Assembly (NCBI GenBank): GCA_023511795.1
Contig: JAIMAU010000006.1
Location: 77,730-141,729, forward strand
Direction of reading: 5' to 3'
Length of the DNA: 64,000 bases
Origin: Armatimonadota bacterium
Lineage (GTDB): Bacteria > Armatimonadota > UBA5829 > DTJY01
Position 1 is the first letter of the stretch, and each line of letters starts with the position of its first letter. Below are positions 1-9,719 of the stretch, piece by piece. The notes beneath the pieces are model-generated. The model did not search any database. It was not told the origin of the DNA and saw nothing but the letters and a program-made list of their open reading frames with translations. A program made the translations under genes and the position numbers.

Positions 1-2511
1 GGAAGTGCTTGCTATGTCCAAGACTGTAATCCACTCTCCACCATCGTGATATGAAAACCCGCCATCAAACAACTTTACCCCCAGAAGGTCAAACATGTCG
101 AAATATGGGTCAATTGCCTTTTCAGAACCAGCTACCAAATCCTGGGGCTGATAGCCATGGAGAGGAAATACCTCTTTGCTGTTAATCTGAACCTTGCCAT
201 CAATGAGATTCCATACCTCACCCTTCTCATTTGCCCCAATTATCTTGCTTGTCGGCGTAGGCTTGAGCACTTGGAATTTTCGACCGTCTCTATCTATCGA
301 GAATCCAGGGGTATAGTACTTATCTATTACAGGAATTGTCCCAATATCATGCCGAAAGCCAATTATCGTCACTCGTTTGTCATCTAAGATCGCTTCAGTA
401 ACTTCCTCTGCGAATCGCTCACTAGCCGGAGGTTTTTCAAGGTTAATGATATGCATCGGCACATTGGCTTTCATATTCACTTCCGGCACAATCCAAATAT
501 TGTTCTGCGAGCGGCCAACTGGCTCACGCCACCACCAACCGCCATAATTTGAAAAGTCAGCATTCGGCTCGGAATATATCTCCATGCTGTGCTGATTGAA
601 GTGCGCAGGAAGTCTTAGGTATATCGGTGGTTTGTATTCTACTATTTGCTCGGAGCTTGCCAGGATACGACCAAAGGTCGCCAACCACTCAAGCTGCCTT
701 GGATCGCGTGAGATTGCATCGCTCCACGGTTCACTTACCCCACGCCCGCCAATCATATAGTATTGAAATATACCCTTCGCGCCACCAGATAAAAGAGCAT
801 TAAAGTTGGCATACATTGTTCCAAGTCGGTTTGTATAACCAATCCCCTTATTGCGCGACGGCGAAGCATCTTGGTGGTTGCCTTCTCCGGTTTCGGTGAC
901 TACCAACCAAGTGGTTTTCGTCGCTTGTTCAAGCTCACCGTATGCATGAATGCCCATAAAGAGTAGCATTGGCTCCCCCGTACCGTATGATTCCATCCCC
1001 AAGCCATCATGTCCGCCAGCAGAACCAGTGTCATTTATATGCCACCAGTCAACATCGGAGAAGCACTTGTAAATAACAGGGACATCGGCGAATTGAGCAA
1101 TGTCGTCTGCAATGCGATTGCAAAATTCAAGGAGCGCCCTGCCGTGATATTCGCGTATGTCATAGTTGAACTGACTCTTTGACGTATCAAGCGCATAGAG
1201 CTCGCCATTTTTACGATCGTAGACCCAGTCCCAAAGAACTCCCGAAGGCTGCGAAATACGTCTCATCGAGACAACGCTTGCAGCAGAAGCGAAATCGGGG
1301 AATGCACCTTCTTTTGGCCTCCATGCGGCGTTCAGCTTCTCAATAGTTCCATACCGATGACTCAACCATCTCTCAAAGCCTTCGCGATAATCGTCTGTGT
1401 CAGGAATTATCCCATGGCGGGTGTTCATTTCATTCCAGAAAGGATCAACGATAAAACGAAAGCCTTTTCCTAGTTTCACTTTGCTATAATGAGCGAGAAC
1501 CTTATCACGGTATTTTTCATATATACCGCCCCAGTAGTACATAATGAAGCCGTGGTCAATCTTGTTCGGCAAGAAGTGAACTCGATATCTTCCAGGTGTG
1601 GGCACCTTGACATCGGCTTCCATAAACTTATTCTCTCTCACCGACGCCTCACCGTAGTGCACCATGTCGCCAGTCGCTACGTCCTCGACCATAAAGAATG
1701 CACTTTTCACATCCTTATTTTCGAAACAAACCCTCCCGCTGTCAGAAACTTCAACAACTGGTCCACCCCCTGGATATTGGTAACCGTAGCCTTTAGACTC
1801 TAGCGCCTGGAACTCAATTCCATAGCGAAAGCCGTGATCATCGAGATAATCAATCGTTTTCTGGAAGTATGCATAGTCGTCGTCGCTGTAATCCTTCCAA
1901 AGATACGGTTGATTTACGCCAAGGTGGAGATATATGTCTTTAACCCCGTATTTCTCGAGCAAATCAAGTTGAGCCTTAACAAGATTCCAATCACGGTCAT
2001 AGACAAACATTCCGCCGACCGGAAGCCAAGGTACGCCATCCCAGATTAGCGCATGTGCATCATTAATGTGCCAGCGATGTGGAACACCCTCCTTATCAAC
2101 GAACGTTCCACGGGTAATTATTTTTCTTAAAACCTTTGATGGCGTTCCAGTAATGCGGATTTGCCCTTGCCATATCATCCGCTCACCAAATACACCAGCT
2201 TCGACTGAGTAATCACCCGAGGGTATGTCTTTAGGAACGGATATAAAATGTAATCTGCGTGCAGGACCCACATAAGAAATATAAGTCTTCTCATTTTGGC
2301 TAAAATACAGAAAAACCTTCGCATCTTTAGGCAGCGGTTCTGAAACCTTGAAATTAAACATAGCCCTAAGTGTCGAGCCAAGCACCGCTAGCTTTGGCAC
2401 TTGAACAGCAACCGAGACTAACCTTGCTGGCTTCTGCGGATACTCTGGCGGCTGGTAAGCCACCACAGATTTGGAAAAGAAGATTCCGATTGCAAGAAAA
2501 ACAATTTTCAT
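1..2511 (-). CDS. Secreted glycoside hydrolase-like protein (GH42/beta-galactosidase-like TIM barrel), 3' end beyond window
   Basis: Manual translation from ATG at 2511 (MKIVFLAIGIFFSKSVVAYQPPEY...) is open for 837 codons to position 1. It has a signal-peptide-like start, LIWDGVPWLPVGG, DPFWNEMN and FERWLSHRYGTIEKLNAAW. It is missing from the ORF track because its stop lies outside the window. Confidence 0.75.
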   Translation of the reverse strand, partial: MKIVFLAIGIFFSKSVVAYQPPEYPQKPARLVSVAVQVPKLAVLGSTLRAMFNFKVSEPLPKDAKVFLYFSQNEKTYISYVGPARRLHFISVPKDIPSGDYSVEAGVFGERMIWQGQIRITGTPSKVLRKIITRGTFVDKEGVPHRWHINDAHALIWDGVPWLPVGGMFVYDRDWNLVKAQLDLLEKYGVKDIYLHLGVNQPYLWKDYSDDDYAYFQKTIDYLDDHGFRYGIEFQALESKGYGYQYPGGGPVVEVSDSGRVCFENKDVKSAFFMVEDVATGDMVHYGEASVRENKFMEADVKVPTPGRYRVHFLPNKIDHGFIMYYWGGIYEKYRDKVLAHYSKVKLGKGFRFIVDPFWNEMNTRHGIIPDTDDYREGFERWLSHRYGTIEKLNAAWRPKEGAFPDFASAASVVSMRRISQPSGVLWDWVYDRKNGELYALDTSKSQFNYDIREYHGRALLEFCNRIADDIAQFADVPVIYKCFSDVDWWHINDTGSAGGHDGLGMESYGTGEPMLLFMGIHAYGELEQATKTTWLVVTETGEGNHQDASPSRNKGIGYTNRLGTMYANFNALLSGGAKGIFQYYMIGGRGVSEPWSDAISRDPRQLEWLATFGRILASSEQIVEYKPPIYLRLPAHFNQHSMEIYSEPNADFSNYGGWWWREPVGRSQNNIWIVPEVNMKANVPMHIINLEKPPASERFAEEVTEAILDDKRVTIIGFRHDIGTIPVIDKYYTPGFSIDRDGRKFQVLKPTPTSKIIGANEKGEVWNLIDGKVQINSKEVFPLHGYQPQDLVAGSEKAIDPYFDMFDLLGVKLFDGGFSYHDGGEWITVLDIASTS

Positions 2512-2682
2512 CTTACAGACGTATTATTCACAAGAGATGAGGCTTCCTTCGAATACTCGTCGCAGAATTGTTGAACGACTTGGCCATGAAGGATGTTTTA
2601 TTCCATTTCTCGAAAAGGTGAGCGAGCCTCAAAAGTAATACAAGCACACTATCCGTAAATCCATTAGGAGGGTTTCCTAACA

Positions 2683-4350
2683 ATGAGGTATCTTATAGTT
2701 CCCTTTTTCTTATTTATAGTATCGCCATTGTCTGCCGAAAAATCATACACGGATTATCCACAACTTCGGAACTTTTTCCCATTTGGAATATATGTCGCGG
2801 CAGAAAGGATAGGGGAATGGGACAAACCTGACTCGCCCACGCACATGGGGCGGCCAATGATCGAACCCTACCGGCGTGACCTCCTCGATATGGCACGCCA
2901 CTATATCAACCTTGTCGCTATCGAAAACACTTCCATGATTCCGGTACCCATCCTAAAGCAAATGCTCGCTGAAGGGGAACATGTCGGCATATTCACCTGG
3001 GCAAGCGAAAATGGTCTACCAAATGAATCCGAGGCGGAAGCATATGCCCAGCGGCGAATTAGCCAATTCAAAGATGAAAAGGGACTCCTCGTATGGTCAC
3101 CCTGGGATGAGCCATATCCCGAAAGTATGGACAAATGGCTCAAGTGGAAAAAGGCGTTCGAGGATGCTGATCCAAACCATCCAGTGATTGCCGTTACCTG
3201 CGGCGGGCCAAAAGGATTTGAAAACTATGATGTTATTCAAGCCTCCGACTATTATCCGGTTTATGTCGAAAACCCCGACCCATGGTCTGTGCGAGATTTC
3301 GTCAGGAGGTACATAGATGCTACAACAAAACCAAACTGGTTTGTCATCCAAGCATTCCAAGGCGAGGGAAGGCGCCTTCCAACGGTAGCTGAGAATCGGA
3401 TGATGACATATATGGCCATCGGCGAGGGCGTAAAGGGAATCCTCTACTTCATTTATGACCATCTGGTTACCCACTACAACCACCCTGTGACACCGCAATG
3501 GGAAGACATCGGCAAGCTAGGGCGAATTCTTCGAGCAATCGGGCCAGAATTGCTTGACACTAGAATTGACCGTGAAAGTAGGCTGGTGGAAATGATTCCT
3601 GAGCCGAACACCGATTCGCGCCGTCCCAAGGATTGGCCAAGTGCCATATGCTCCGCCCTAAAATCACCGGCCGGACATGCGTTTATTGTTGTCTACAATA
3701 CCAGCACCGAATCCCCTGTTCGCGTGCATCTTAAGGCGTCAAGCGGGCGGTTATTCGATTTGGTTTCGCTCGTAGAAACAAATATATCTTCTGCCGGCAG
3801 ACAAACCCTAGACCTACAACTTAATCCAGGTGATGGGCGCATCCTTCTCCTTGCAAACGATAAGAATTATTTGCGCATTGCTGAAAAGATTCGCACAAAC
3901 CTTTACTTTGCTGAGAGGAAGCTGGTTATGCTTGAACGCGAGCCAGCTGAGAAATGGAATGTTAAACTCGAGAAGGTAAACATGCTACTTGAAAGAGCAA
4001 AGAAAGCCGTGTTGATAAATGATCCCAAAAAGGGTTTATCGCTTGTGCTCCAAGCCCGCATAGCTCTAGAAGATGCGAAAAAAGGCAATGCCGACTTCTC
4101 TACCGCTCGAAAGGTACTTGATAAAGTATATCAGCGCCTTTGGGATCTCAACCAAGCGCTCAAAGAGTTTAGAGAAAAGCATCCTGACCGCTGGGAAGAC
4201 AAAATAAAGTGGCCCTTGGATGGCGCTATATCTCGATTCCTTGAACTTGAACATCTATTTTCTCTCGGCGATCGAACGGTAGCAAGGCGTGCAGAACTAC
4301 TATTAAGTGAAGTGGAAAATTCCGTTGGGGAGATCTCGAAGCAGAACTAA
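2683..4350 (+). CDS. Secreted putative glycoside hydrolase (clan A-like barrel) with helical C-terminus
   Basis: 555 aa; signal peptide; FFPFGIY, WSPWDEP, SDYYPV, WFVIQAF and GVKGILYFIY motifs; AGGAGG RBS upstream. Confidence 0.6.
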   Translation: MRYLIVPFFLFIVSPLSAEKSYTDYPQLRNFFPFGIYVAAERIGEWDKPDSPTHMGRPMIEPYRRDLLDMARHYINLVAIENTSMIPVPILKQMLAEGEHVGIFTWASENGLPNESEAEAYAQRRISQFKDEKGLLVWSPWDEPYPESMDKWLKWKKAFEDADPNHPVIAVTCGGPKGFENYDVIQASDYYPVYVENPDPWSVRDFVRRYIDATTKPNWFVIQAFQGEGRRLPTVAENRMMTYMAIGEGVKGILYFIYDHLVTHYNHPVTPQWEDIGKLGRILRAIGPELLDTRIDRESRLVEMIPEPNTDSRRPKDWPSAICSALKSPAGHAFIVVYNTSTESPVRVHLKASSGRLFDLVSLVETNISSAGRQTLDLQLNPGDGRILLLANDKNYLRIAEKIRTNLYFAERKLVMLEREPAEKWNVKLEKVNMLLERAKKAVLINDPKKGLSLVLQARIALEDAKKGNADFSTARKVLDKVYQRLWDLNQALKEFREKHPDRWEDKIKWPLDGAISRFLELEHLFSLGDRTVARRAELLLSEVENSVGEISKQN

Positions 4351-4493
4351 GCTTTAGTCTAATGCAGAGGATTTGATTTTTATATCTCCCCCAAATAGAC
4401 TGGTAGCATCTTTATTCGCACGAGCCAACTTTCCACCCAAAGACTTTTTTCCAATTGCTAATAACTTGATATTATGCCTTTTTGACCATTCTG

Positions 4494-4502
4494 TGGTATA
4501 CT
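4494..4502 (+). promoter_or_regulatory. Extended -10 promoter (TGnTATACT) 7 nt before the pfkB GTG start
   Basis: tggtatact at 4494-4502, GTG at 4510, no Shine-Dalgarno between them. Confidence 0.45.
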
Positions 4503-4509
4503 TATCTCC

Positions 4510-5442
4510 GTGATTGCGAGCATAACTCTTAATCCAGCATTGGATAAGACAGTTTATGTTGACCAGCTGCTCCCTCATGATGCAAACCGAATCCGCAAAA
4601 TCGAGGTTGATGCAGGTGGAAAGGGAATCAATGCATCAAGGGTGCTAAACGAACTGGGTAGTCCAACACTCGCCCTCGGCTTTGTGGGAGGTAAAACTGG
4701 GAGCTACATTGAGCACGTACTTGCAATTGAAGGCGTTAAAACGGACTTTGTGCGAACTGCCGCTGAGACGCGCACAAACATATGCATACAAGAATTTTCT
4801 GGTGCTCCACCCACTGTGCTGAATGAGCCAGGGCCGAATGTCACCAAAGATGAAATCGAGCAGCTTGTCACCAAAGTGTACGAATATGCTCCTAAGTCTT
4901 GTATGATGATTTTTGGCGGAAGCCTAGCGGCGAGCGTACCGGAAGACATCTACCGTACACTTGTCGCTGGCATCAGTAAATTTGGGACAAAGGCAATTCT
5001 TGACAGTGACGGCCGCCCAATGCTGCTGGGCCTGGAGGCGCAGCCCTTCATGATAAAACCAAACCGTGACGAGGTAAAGCGCCTCCTCGGCGTTGAAATA
5101 AGAAACTTCAAGGATGCCCTCCCCGCAATCGCTCAGTTTGCTGAAAAAGGAATCGAGATTGTGGTAATTTCAATGGGAGCGGAGGGAGCAGTAGCAGGTT
5201 CGGCCGATGGTGTTTGGAGCGCTATCCCGCCAAAAGTTAAACCAGTAAGCACGATCGGCTCGGGTGACTCAATGGTTGCAGGAATTGCACACATTCTTTC
5301 TCAAGGCGGGCCTTTAGACGAAGCTCTACGATGGGGCACAGCTGCTGGCGCTGCAATTGCAATGACAGATGGAACCGAAATATGCAAACGCCACCAGGTA
5401 CTTTCGCTCCTGGATGGTGTGATCATCGAACGTCTGCGGTAG
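4510..5442 (+). CDS. pfkB: 1-phosphofructokinase-family hexose kinase (PfkB family)
   Basis: TLNPALD, AGGKGIN, IKPN and STIGSGDSMVAG motifs. Confidence 0.9.
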   Translation: MIASITLNPALDKTVYVDQLLPHDANRIRKIEVDAGGKGINASRVLNELGSPTLALGFVGGKTGSYIEHVLAIEGVKTDFVRTAAETRTNICIQEFSGAPPTVLNEPGPNVTKDEIEQLVTKVYEYAPKSCMMIFGGSLAASVPEDIYRTLVAGISKFGTKAILDSDGRPMLLGLEAQPFMIKPNRDEVKRLLGVEIRNFKDALPAIAQFAEKGIEIVVISMGAEGAVAGSADGVWSAIPPKVKPVSTIGSGDSMVAGIAHILSQGGPLDEALRWGTAAGAAIAMTDGTEICKRHQVLSLLDGVIIERLR

Positions 5443-5451
5443 GACGGTAGG

Positions 5452-5781
5452 TTGGCAGTGGACATACATGAGTTCAAGCGTCTATTATCCAAAGAATTTG
5501 GCAAGAAGCTGGAGCACGCAACACCCAGCAACGTTCGCGACTTTCTGGATAGAATGCAGCTAAATGTTCTCGGCCCAAAGATGAAGGGGCCCGTTGTACT
5601 TCAAGAGAGCGCATCGTCCTATGAGGAGATAATTAAGGATTTCTTCGCGCGAGTACTAGATCTACCACGCGATGAGGCTCTCATCTTGCTATGGCTACTT
5701 GCTTTCGACCTTTCCTTCTCAGCCATTGAGCTACAACAAGCCGAAACATTTCGCTCACTTTTTGCTGAATACGAGGAGTAG
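5452..5781 (+). CDS. Hypothetical protein, predicted helical
   Basis: 109-aa ORF filling the gap between pfkB and the sigma factor on the same strand; start could be GTG 5458. Confidence 0.7.
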   Translation: MAVDIHEFKRLLSKEFGKKLEHATPSNVRDFLDRMQLNVLGPKMKGPVVLQESASSYEEIIKDFFARVLDLPRDEALILLWLLAFDLSFSAIELQQAETFRSLFAEYEE

Positions 5782-5797
5782 TCTATACCCCTTGAAT

Positions 5798-5824
5798 TGA
5801 ACAAATCAGCTGTCAGCACGTCTA
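5798..5824 (+). promoter_or_regulatory. Putative ECF-sigma-dependent autoregulatory promoter
   Basis: tgAAC-N16-CGTcta upstream of the ECF sigma gene matches the AAC/CGT ECF promoter pattern. Confidence 0.5.
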
Positions 5825-5857
5825 TTTTTATGACGTGCAGATCGCGCTGAGGGTAAG

Positions 5858-6448
5858 GTGGTCTGTTTGCTGAATGCAGACACCGTCTTAGCGTCGACTC
5901 ATCAGAACGACGATTGCGAAGCCTTCGACGAGATTGTCGCGCGCTACAAAGACGGGATTTTCAACTATATTTGGCGCATGGTTTCAAATCGCGATGACGC
6001 CGAAGACCTCGCTCAAGAAGTCTTTGTTCGAGCGTTTGCGTCCATGAAATCATTTCGGCGTGAGTCAAACGTCCGAACGTGGCTATACAGAATAGCCACG
6101 AACCTTTGCATAGACAAATATCGGCGGTCGAGCATTGAAAAGCAATTAATCACGCCGCTTATGCAAAGCGCCGACTGCAACGAAGATGCAAAGCCATTAG
6201 ATGTGCCTGATACAACATATGACCCGGAGCGAACATATGACCGCACAGAACTTCAGGCTGAGGTACAGCGGGCGCTTTCGAAACTGCCGGATAAACTCCG
6301 GAGCGTAATAATTCTTTACGATATAGAAGGAATGTCTTATGAAGAAATAGCAGAGACGGTCTCTTGTCCGATTGGAACCGTAAAGTCACGCATTTTTAAT
6401 GCGCGTGCACAATTGAGAAAACTGCTCAAACCTTATATCGAGGGTTGA
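5858..6448 (+). CDS. ECF RNA polymerase sigma factor (RpoE/SigW-like)
   Basis: DAEDLAQEVF, TWLYRIATN and SYEEIAETVSCPIGTVKSRI (regions 2 and 4). Confidence 0.93.
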   Translation: MVCLLNADTVLASTHQNDDCEAFDEIVARYKDGIFNYIWRMVSNRDDAEDLAQEVFVRAFASMKSFRRESNVRTWLYRIATNLCIDKYRRSSIEKQLITPLMQSADCNEDAKPLDVPDTTYDPERTYDRTELQAEVQRALSKLPDKLRSVIILYDIEGMSYEEIAETVSCPIGTVKSRIFNARAQLRKLLKPYIEG

Positions 6449-6450
6449 CG

Positions 6451-6966
6451 ATGAACTGCAGACGAATAAGGAAAAACATTATAGATTACATGAGCGGCAC
6501 GCTCAGCAAGGAAAAAACGGAGCGCATCAAAGAACATTTGCTATCATGCGCTGAATGCTCCCAACTAATCGCTGAGCTCGAAGCAACTTCTCATCTTGTG
6601 CGCTCGCTTGACAGAGCTAAAGCACCAGCAGGGTTCGAAAGTCGCCTTCAAACCCGTATAGCCTTCCAGCAATCTGTTAAGACCAATCGGAACCCAATCC
6701 GCAGGTTTGCTCGAGATTTTGCCCGAGCATTCATAGGTATGCGCCGGCTATCGTTGAGACCCGTAATTGCCGGAATATTATTTTGCATCATGCTCGGAGT
6801 ATCCATTTTAATGATAATTAATAATAACGTGGCTCAAGCAACGGACCAAGCATTTATCAGCGTTTGTCAAGAACAACATATCTCGTTTGCCGCAGCCAAT
6901 CCACTTGCGGATGATTCCGCGGTGCTCCTAAAAGATCGAGCTAGTGATCTTGCAAATGAATTGTAG
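6451..6966 (+). CDS. Zinc-binding (ZAS, zf-HC2) transmembrane anti-sigma factor
   Basis: HLLSCAEC (HxxxCxxC), one TM segment, directly after the sigma gene. Confidence 0.88.
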   Translation: MNCRRIRKNIIDYMSGTLSKEKTERIKEHLLSCAECSQLIAELEATSHLVRSLDRAKAPAGFESRLQTRIAFQQSVKTNRNPIRRFARDFARAFIGMRRLSLRPVIAGILFCIMLGVSILMIINNNVAQATDQAFISVCQEQHISFAAANPLADDSAVLLKDRASDLANEL

Positions 6967-6982
6967 CACGGACTGTCTAGAC

Positions 6983-7978
6983 ATGCGAATCGTGAAAGCA
7001 ACAATTGTATACACCATCTTCAGCCTGATTCTCGGGTTGTGTCAACGCGCCGAGGCCATTGATGGCGCAACAATTCTCAAGAAAATGCTCATCTCCGAGG
7101 GGAACGTTTCCTTTACAGCACACCAGGTGACCACCCTCGCAAAGGGACCTTTTCTCACCTCTGAGCAAGAAGTTTACCGAGATGGGTTTAAAGGAATGCG
7201 GACTGAGTACACTTATCCCAACCAGTTGGCTGGTGAGATCATGATTGACGACGGAAAAGTTCTTATTCGGTTCATACCCAGGAATAAAACAGCAAAGACG
7301 CAACCTTCAAGGCTCAACTTTCTTAAGCTAAGAACAATAGAAGCTAACCGCGCACTTGAACGCGGCCAAATCCAAGTAGAATTGGTTAGAAGGGACAAAA
7401 TCGCAGGAAGAAATGCCTACGTTCTAGAGGTAAAGCCGCGTGCGAAACGCGCGGGCCCTACTCGCAAGTTCTGGGTAGATACCGAGAAATGGGTCAAATT
7501 AAAGACGGAAGACATCGCTCCAGATGGGACCGTAGTATCTACGTCCTATTATACCAGGATAGACTTCACCAGCGTTCCTCCAGAAAAATTCCGCTTTAAA
7601 CCGCCTCCCGGTGTTCGTGTCGAGCGAGGCCCGGAACGCATGCAGATTATGTCTATAGAAAAAGCCCAGCGCATTGTAGACTTCCAAATTCGCGAGCCAA
7701 AATATTTACCAAAGGGATTCAAGTTGCTAGGTGCAACTGTCGTTCCTTTCCGGCATGGGAAAGTAGTTGGCCTTAGATACTCCGATGGTGTAAGTTCTTT
7801 CTCTTTATTCCAAGCACCAAGGCGGATGCTAGACCCTCGGTTCCCAAAGCAACTCCAGAAGGACCCCCTCCGCGCCGGGCGTGGGGTATATGCGTGGAAG
7901 CTTGGTGAACTTAATTTCACTTTAATAGGCTCAATTCCAGCTGATGAAATAAGACGAATCGCAGATTCGATAAAATAG
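6983..7978 (+). CDS. MucB/RseB-like periplasmic regulator (LolA-like fold)
   Basis: Signal peptide; IAGRNAYVLEVKP, FWVDTE, PKYLPKGF and YSDGVSSFSLFQ; third gene of the ECF module. Confidence 0.8.
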   Translation: MRIVKATIVYTIFSLILGLCQRAEAIDGATILKKMLISEGNVSFTAHQVTTLAKGPFLTSEQEVYRDGFKGMRTEYTYPNQLAGEIMIDDGKVLIRFIPRNKTAKTQPSRLNFLKLRTIEANRALERGQIQVELVRRDKIAGRNAYVLEVKPRAKRAGPTRKFWVDTEKWVKLKTEDIAPDGTVVSTSYYTRIDFTSVPPEKFRFKPPPGVRVERGPERMQIMSIEKAQRIVDFQIREPKYLPKGFKLLGATVVPFRHGKVVGLRYSDGVSSFSLFQAPRRMLDPRFPKQLQKDPLRAGRGVYAWKLGELNFTLIGSIPADEIRRIADSIK

Positions 7979-8052
7979 AATTTCGACGGGAAGAATTACA
8001 ATATCTAGTCTGGGCAATACCACTCAATAACGCAATTGGAATAGCGCAAGCT

Positions 8053-8328
8053 TCAACCCCTTACAAAAAAGTATTCATACCGTCCAGTAGGTTCCTCCCA
8101 CGTCACTTCTACATCGGTGACATGAGCCCTCCCAGGCCCTTGCCTTAAGAAAGAAAGGAATGTCTCAAGAGCCGAATCTTCCCCTTCAGCTACTACCTCG
8201 ACAGCCCCGTCTGATGTGTTGCGCACATAGCCTTTAATCCCCAAGTCATTCGCAACTTGGCGAGCGAAAAATCGGAAACCAACCCCCTGCACTCGCCCAC
8301 GAATAATCGCCCTGAACCGCCTGGTCAT
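8053..8328 (-). CDS. acyP: Acylphosphatase
   Basis: GRVQGVGFR and GYVRN signatures. Confidence 0.95.
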   Translation of the reverse strand: MTRRFRAIIRGRVQGVGFRFFARQVANDLGIKGYVRNTSDGAVEVVAEGEDSALETFLSFLRQGPGRAHVTDVEVTWEEPTGRYEYFFVRG

Positions 8329-8727
8329 CGTTTATCTCCCAGTCAAATACTCCTTAACAACAGTCATTGGCCATATTTAGGCTATAGCAAGCGAATTCCT
8401 GCATTAGAAGTTACGCATTGAAAGGTTTTATCGCTTAGAACTTTGGGTATTTAACTTCTCGACATTATTTTTTCCAATATTATCGGCCGTAAAAACCGGC
8501 ATATGGCTTGCAGAAACTGGTATATTTGCTAGTTGACTCTACCTATTGCAAGCGATAGACTGGTATAAATGAATACTCATGTCGGTTTCTGGTGGGCAAT
8601 ATTGGAAGCTAGTACCTATGGGTAGGCGCCATGAAAAAACAGTCAATTACCTATTGTCAGCTTGCTAGCTATATGATAAACTACTATAGAGAGCTGACTA
8701 AATCATGAGCGCCTGAAAGGAGCAGAT

Positions 8728-9639
8728 ATGAGACTCACAATAAAAGTTTTATGGCTTCTCATGCTTTTTTTGTTAATCCCCAGTCTAAGCACTGCCCAAT
8801 ATAAAATAGACTGGTTCTCAATTAACTCAGGTGGCGGGCCAACTGAAGCCGCCGGTTCATATAATATGAACGGCACAGTAGGCCAGGCTGAAGTCGGAGT
8901 AGTTGCCACGCCCGCCTATTCTCCAGAACCTCATATTCATTATATAGGATTTTGGTCCGGAGACATTGCCCAACCCCAGCAGGTAGATTCGCCAGCCGAG
9001 GTCAAGCTCGAGCGTGATGTCGCTTACGTAGCTATTGCGGGAGTATACGCAACAACGAACTACTCAACGGACTTCAGCGACAAAATTTATATAGAAGCAG
9101 GTGACCGCTCGTCGGGCATCCAATTTTATCACGGGCCATTGCAAATTCCTTCGGTTGCTGAAGGGGATAAAGTCAGTGTAATCGGCACCCTAGCCACCAA
9201 AAACGGTGAGAGAGCAATTATTGGCTCAACGGTTATGCTCCTAGCTCCAGACACGCCACCGATTTCTCTTTTGAAGCCGCTTGGGATGCAAGCACTCGCA
9301 GTAGGCGGAAGCGACTTCCAATATAACCCTGAGACAGGAGAAGGACAGCTCGGCGTGAGCCAAAACGGCCTGAATAACATCGGCTTGCTTGTAACAGTAT
9401 GGGGAGCAGTGAAAGGGACCGTAATGGAGTCTGACGGAAATACATATTTGCTTCTCGACGATGGGTCGAAGCCTAATGCCCCACTGAGGATTGACAAATC
9501 TAAAATCGGTAGCTATTCTGACAATAGCATAATCCAAGTTACCGGAATAAGCTCTGTTGGGTATATCGACTCACAATTAGTTCCAATTGTCAGACCTAGA
9601 AGACCAGCGGACGTCATACAGATTTGGCCGCAGCCGTAA
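8728..9639 (+). CDS. Secreted protein of unknown function with two probable OB-fold-like modules
   Basis: Signal peptide; YKIDWFSINSGGG...GTVGQ...GFW segment; YIEAGDRSSGI and GLNNIGLLVTVWG segments; AAGGAG RBS. Confidence 0.7.
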   Translation: MRLTIKVLWLLMLFLLIPSLSTAQYKIDWFSINSGGGPTEAAGSYNMNGTVGQAEVGVVATPAYSPEPHIHYIGFWSGDIAQPQQVDSPAEVKLERDVAYVAIAGVYATTNYSTDFSDKIYIEAGDRSSGIQFYHGPLQIPSVAEGDKVSVIGTLATKNGERAIIGSTVMLLAPDTPPISLLKPLGMQALAVGGSDFQYNPETGEGQLGVSQNGLNNIGLLVTVWGAVKGTVMESDGNTYLLLDDGSKPNAPLRIDKSKIGSYSDNSIIQVTGISSVGYIDSQLVPIVRPRRPADVIQIWPQP

Positions 9640-9719
9640 ATCGCCGTATATCCAGGTTTTCGAAATATAAAAACATACGAAATTAAGTTTGTAAGAAAAT
9701 AATCAGAAGAGGTGAGAAA

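Noticed and set aside
157-2381. Short ORFs in the track (157-387, 1489-1803, 1834-2049, 2175-2381)
   Set aside because: Shadows of the long minus-strand frame 1-2511
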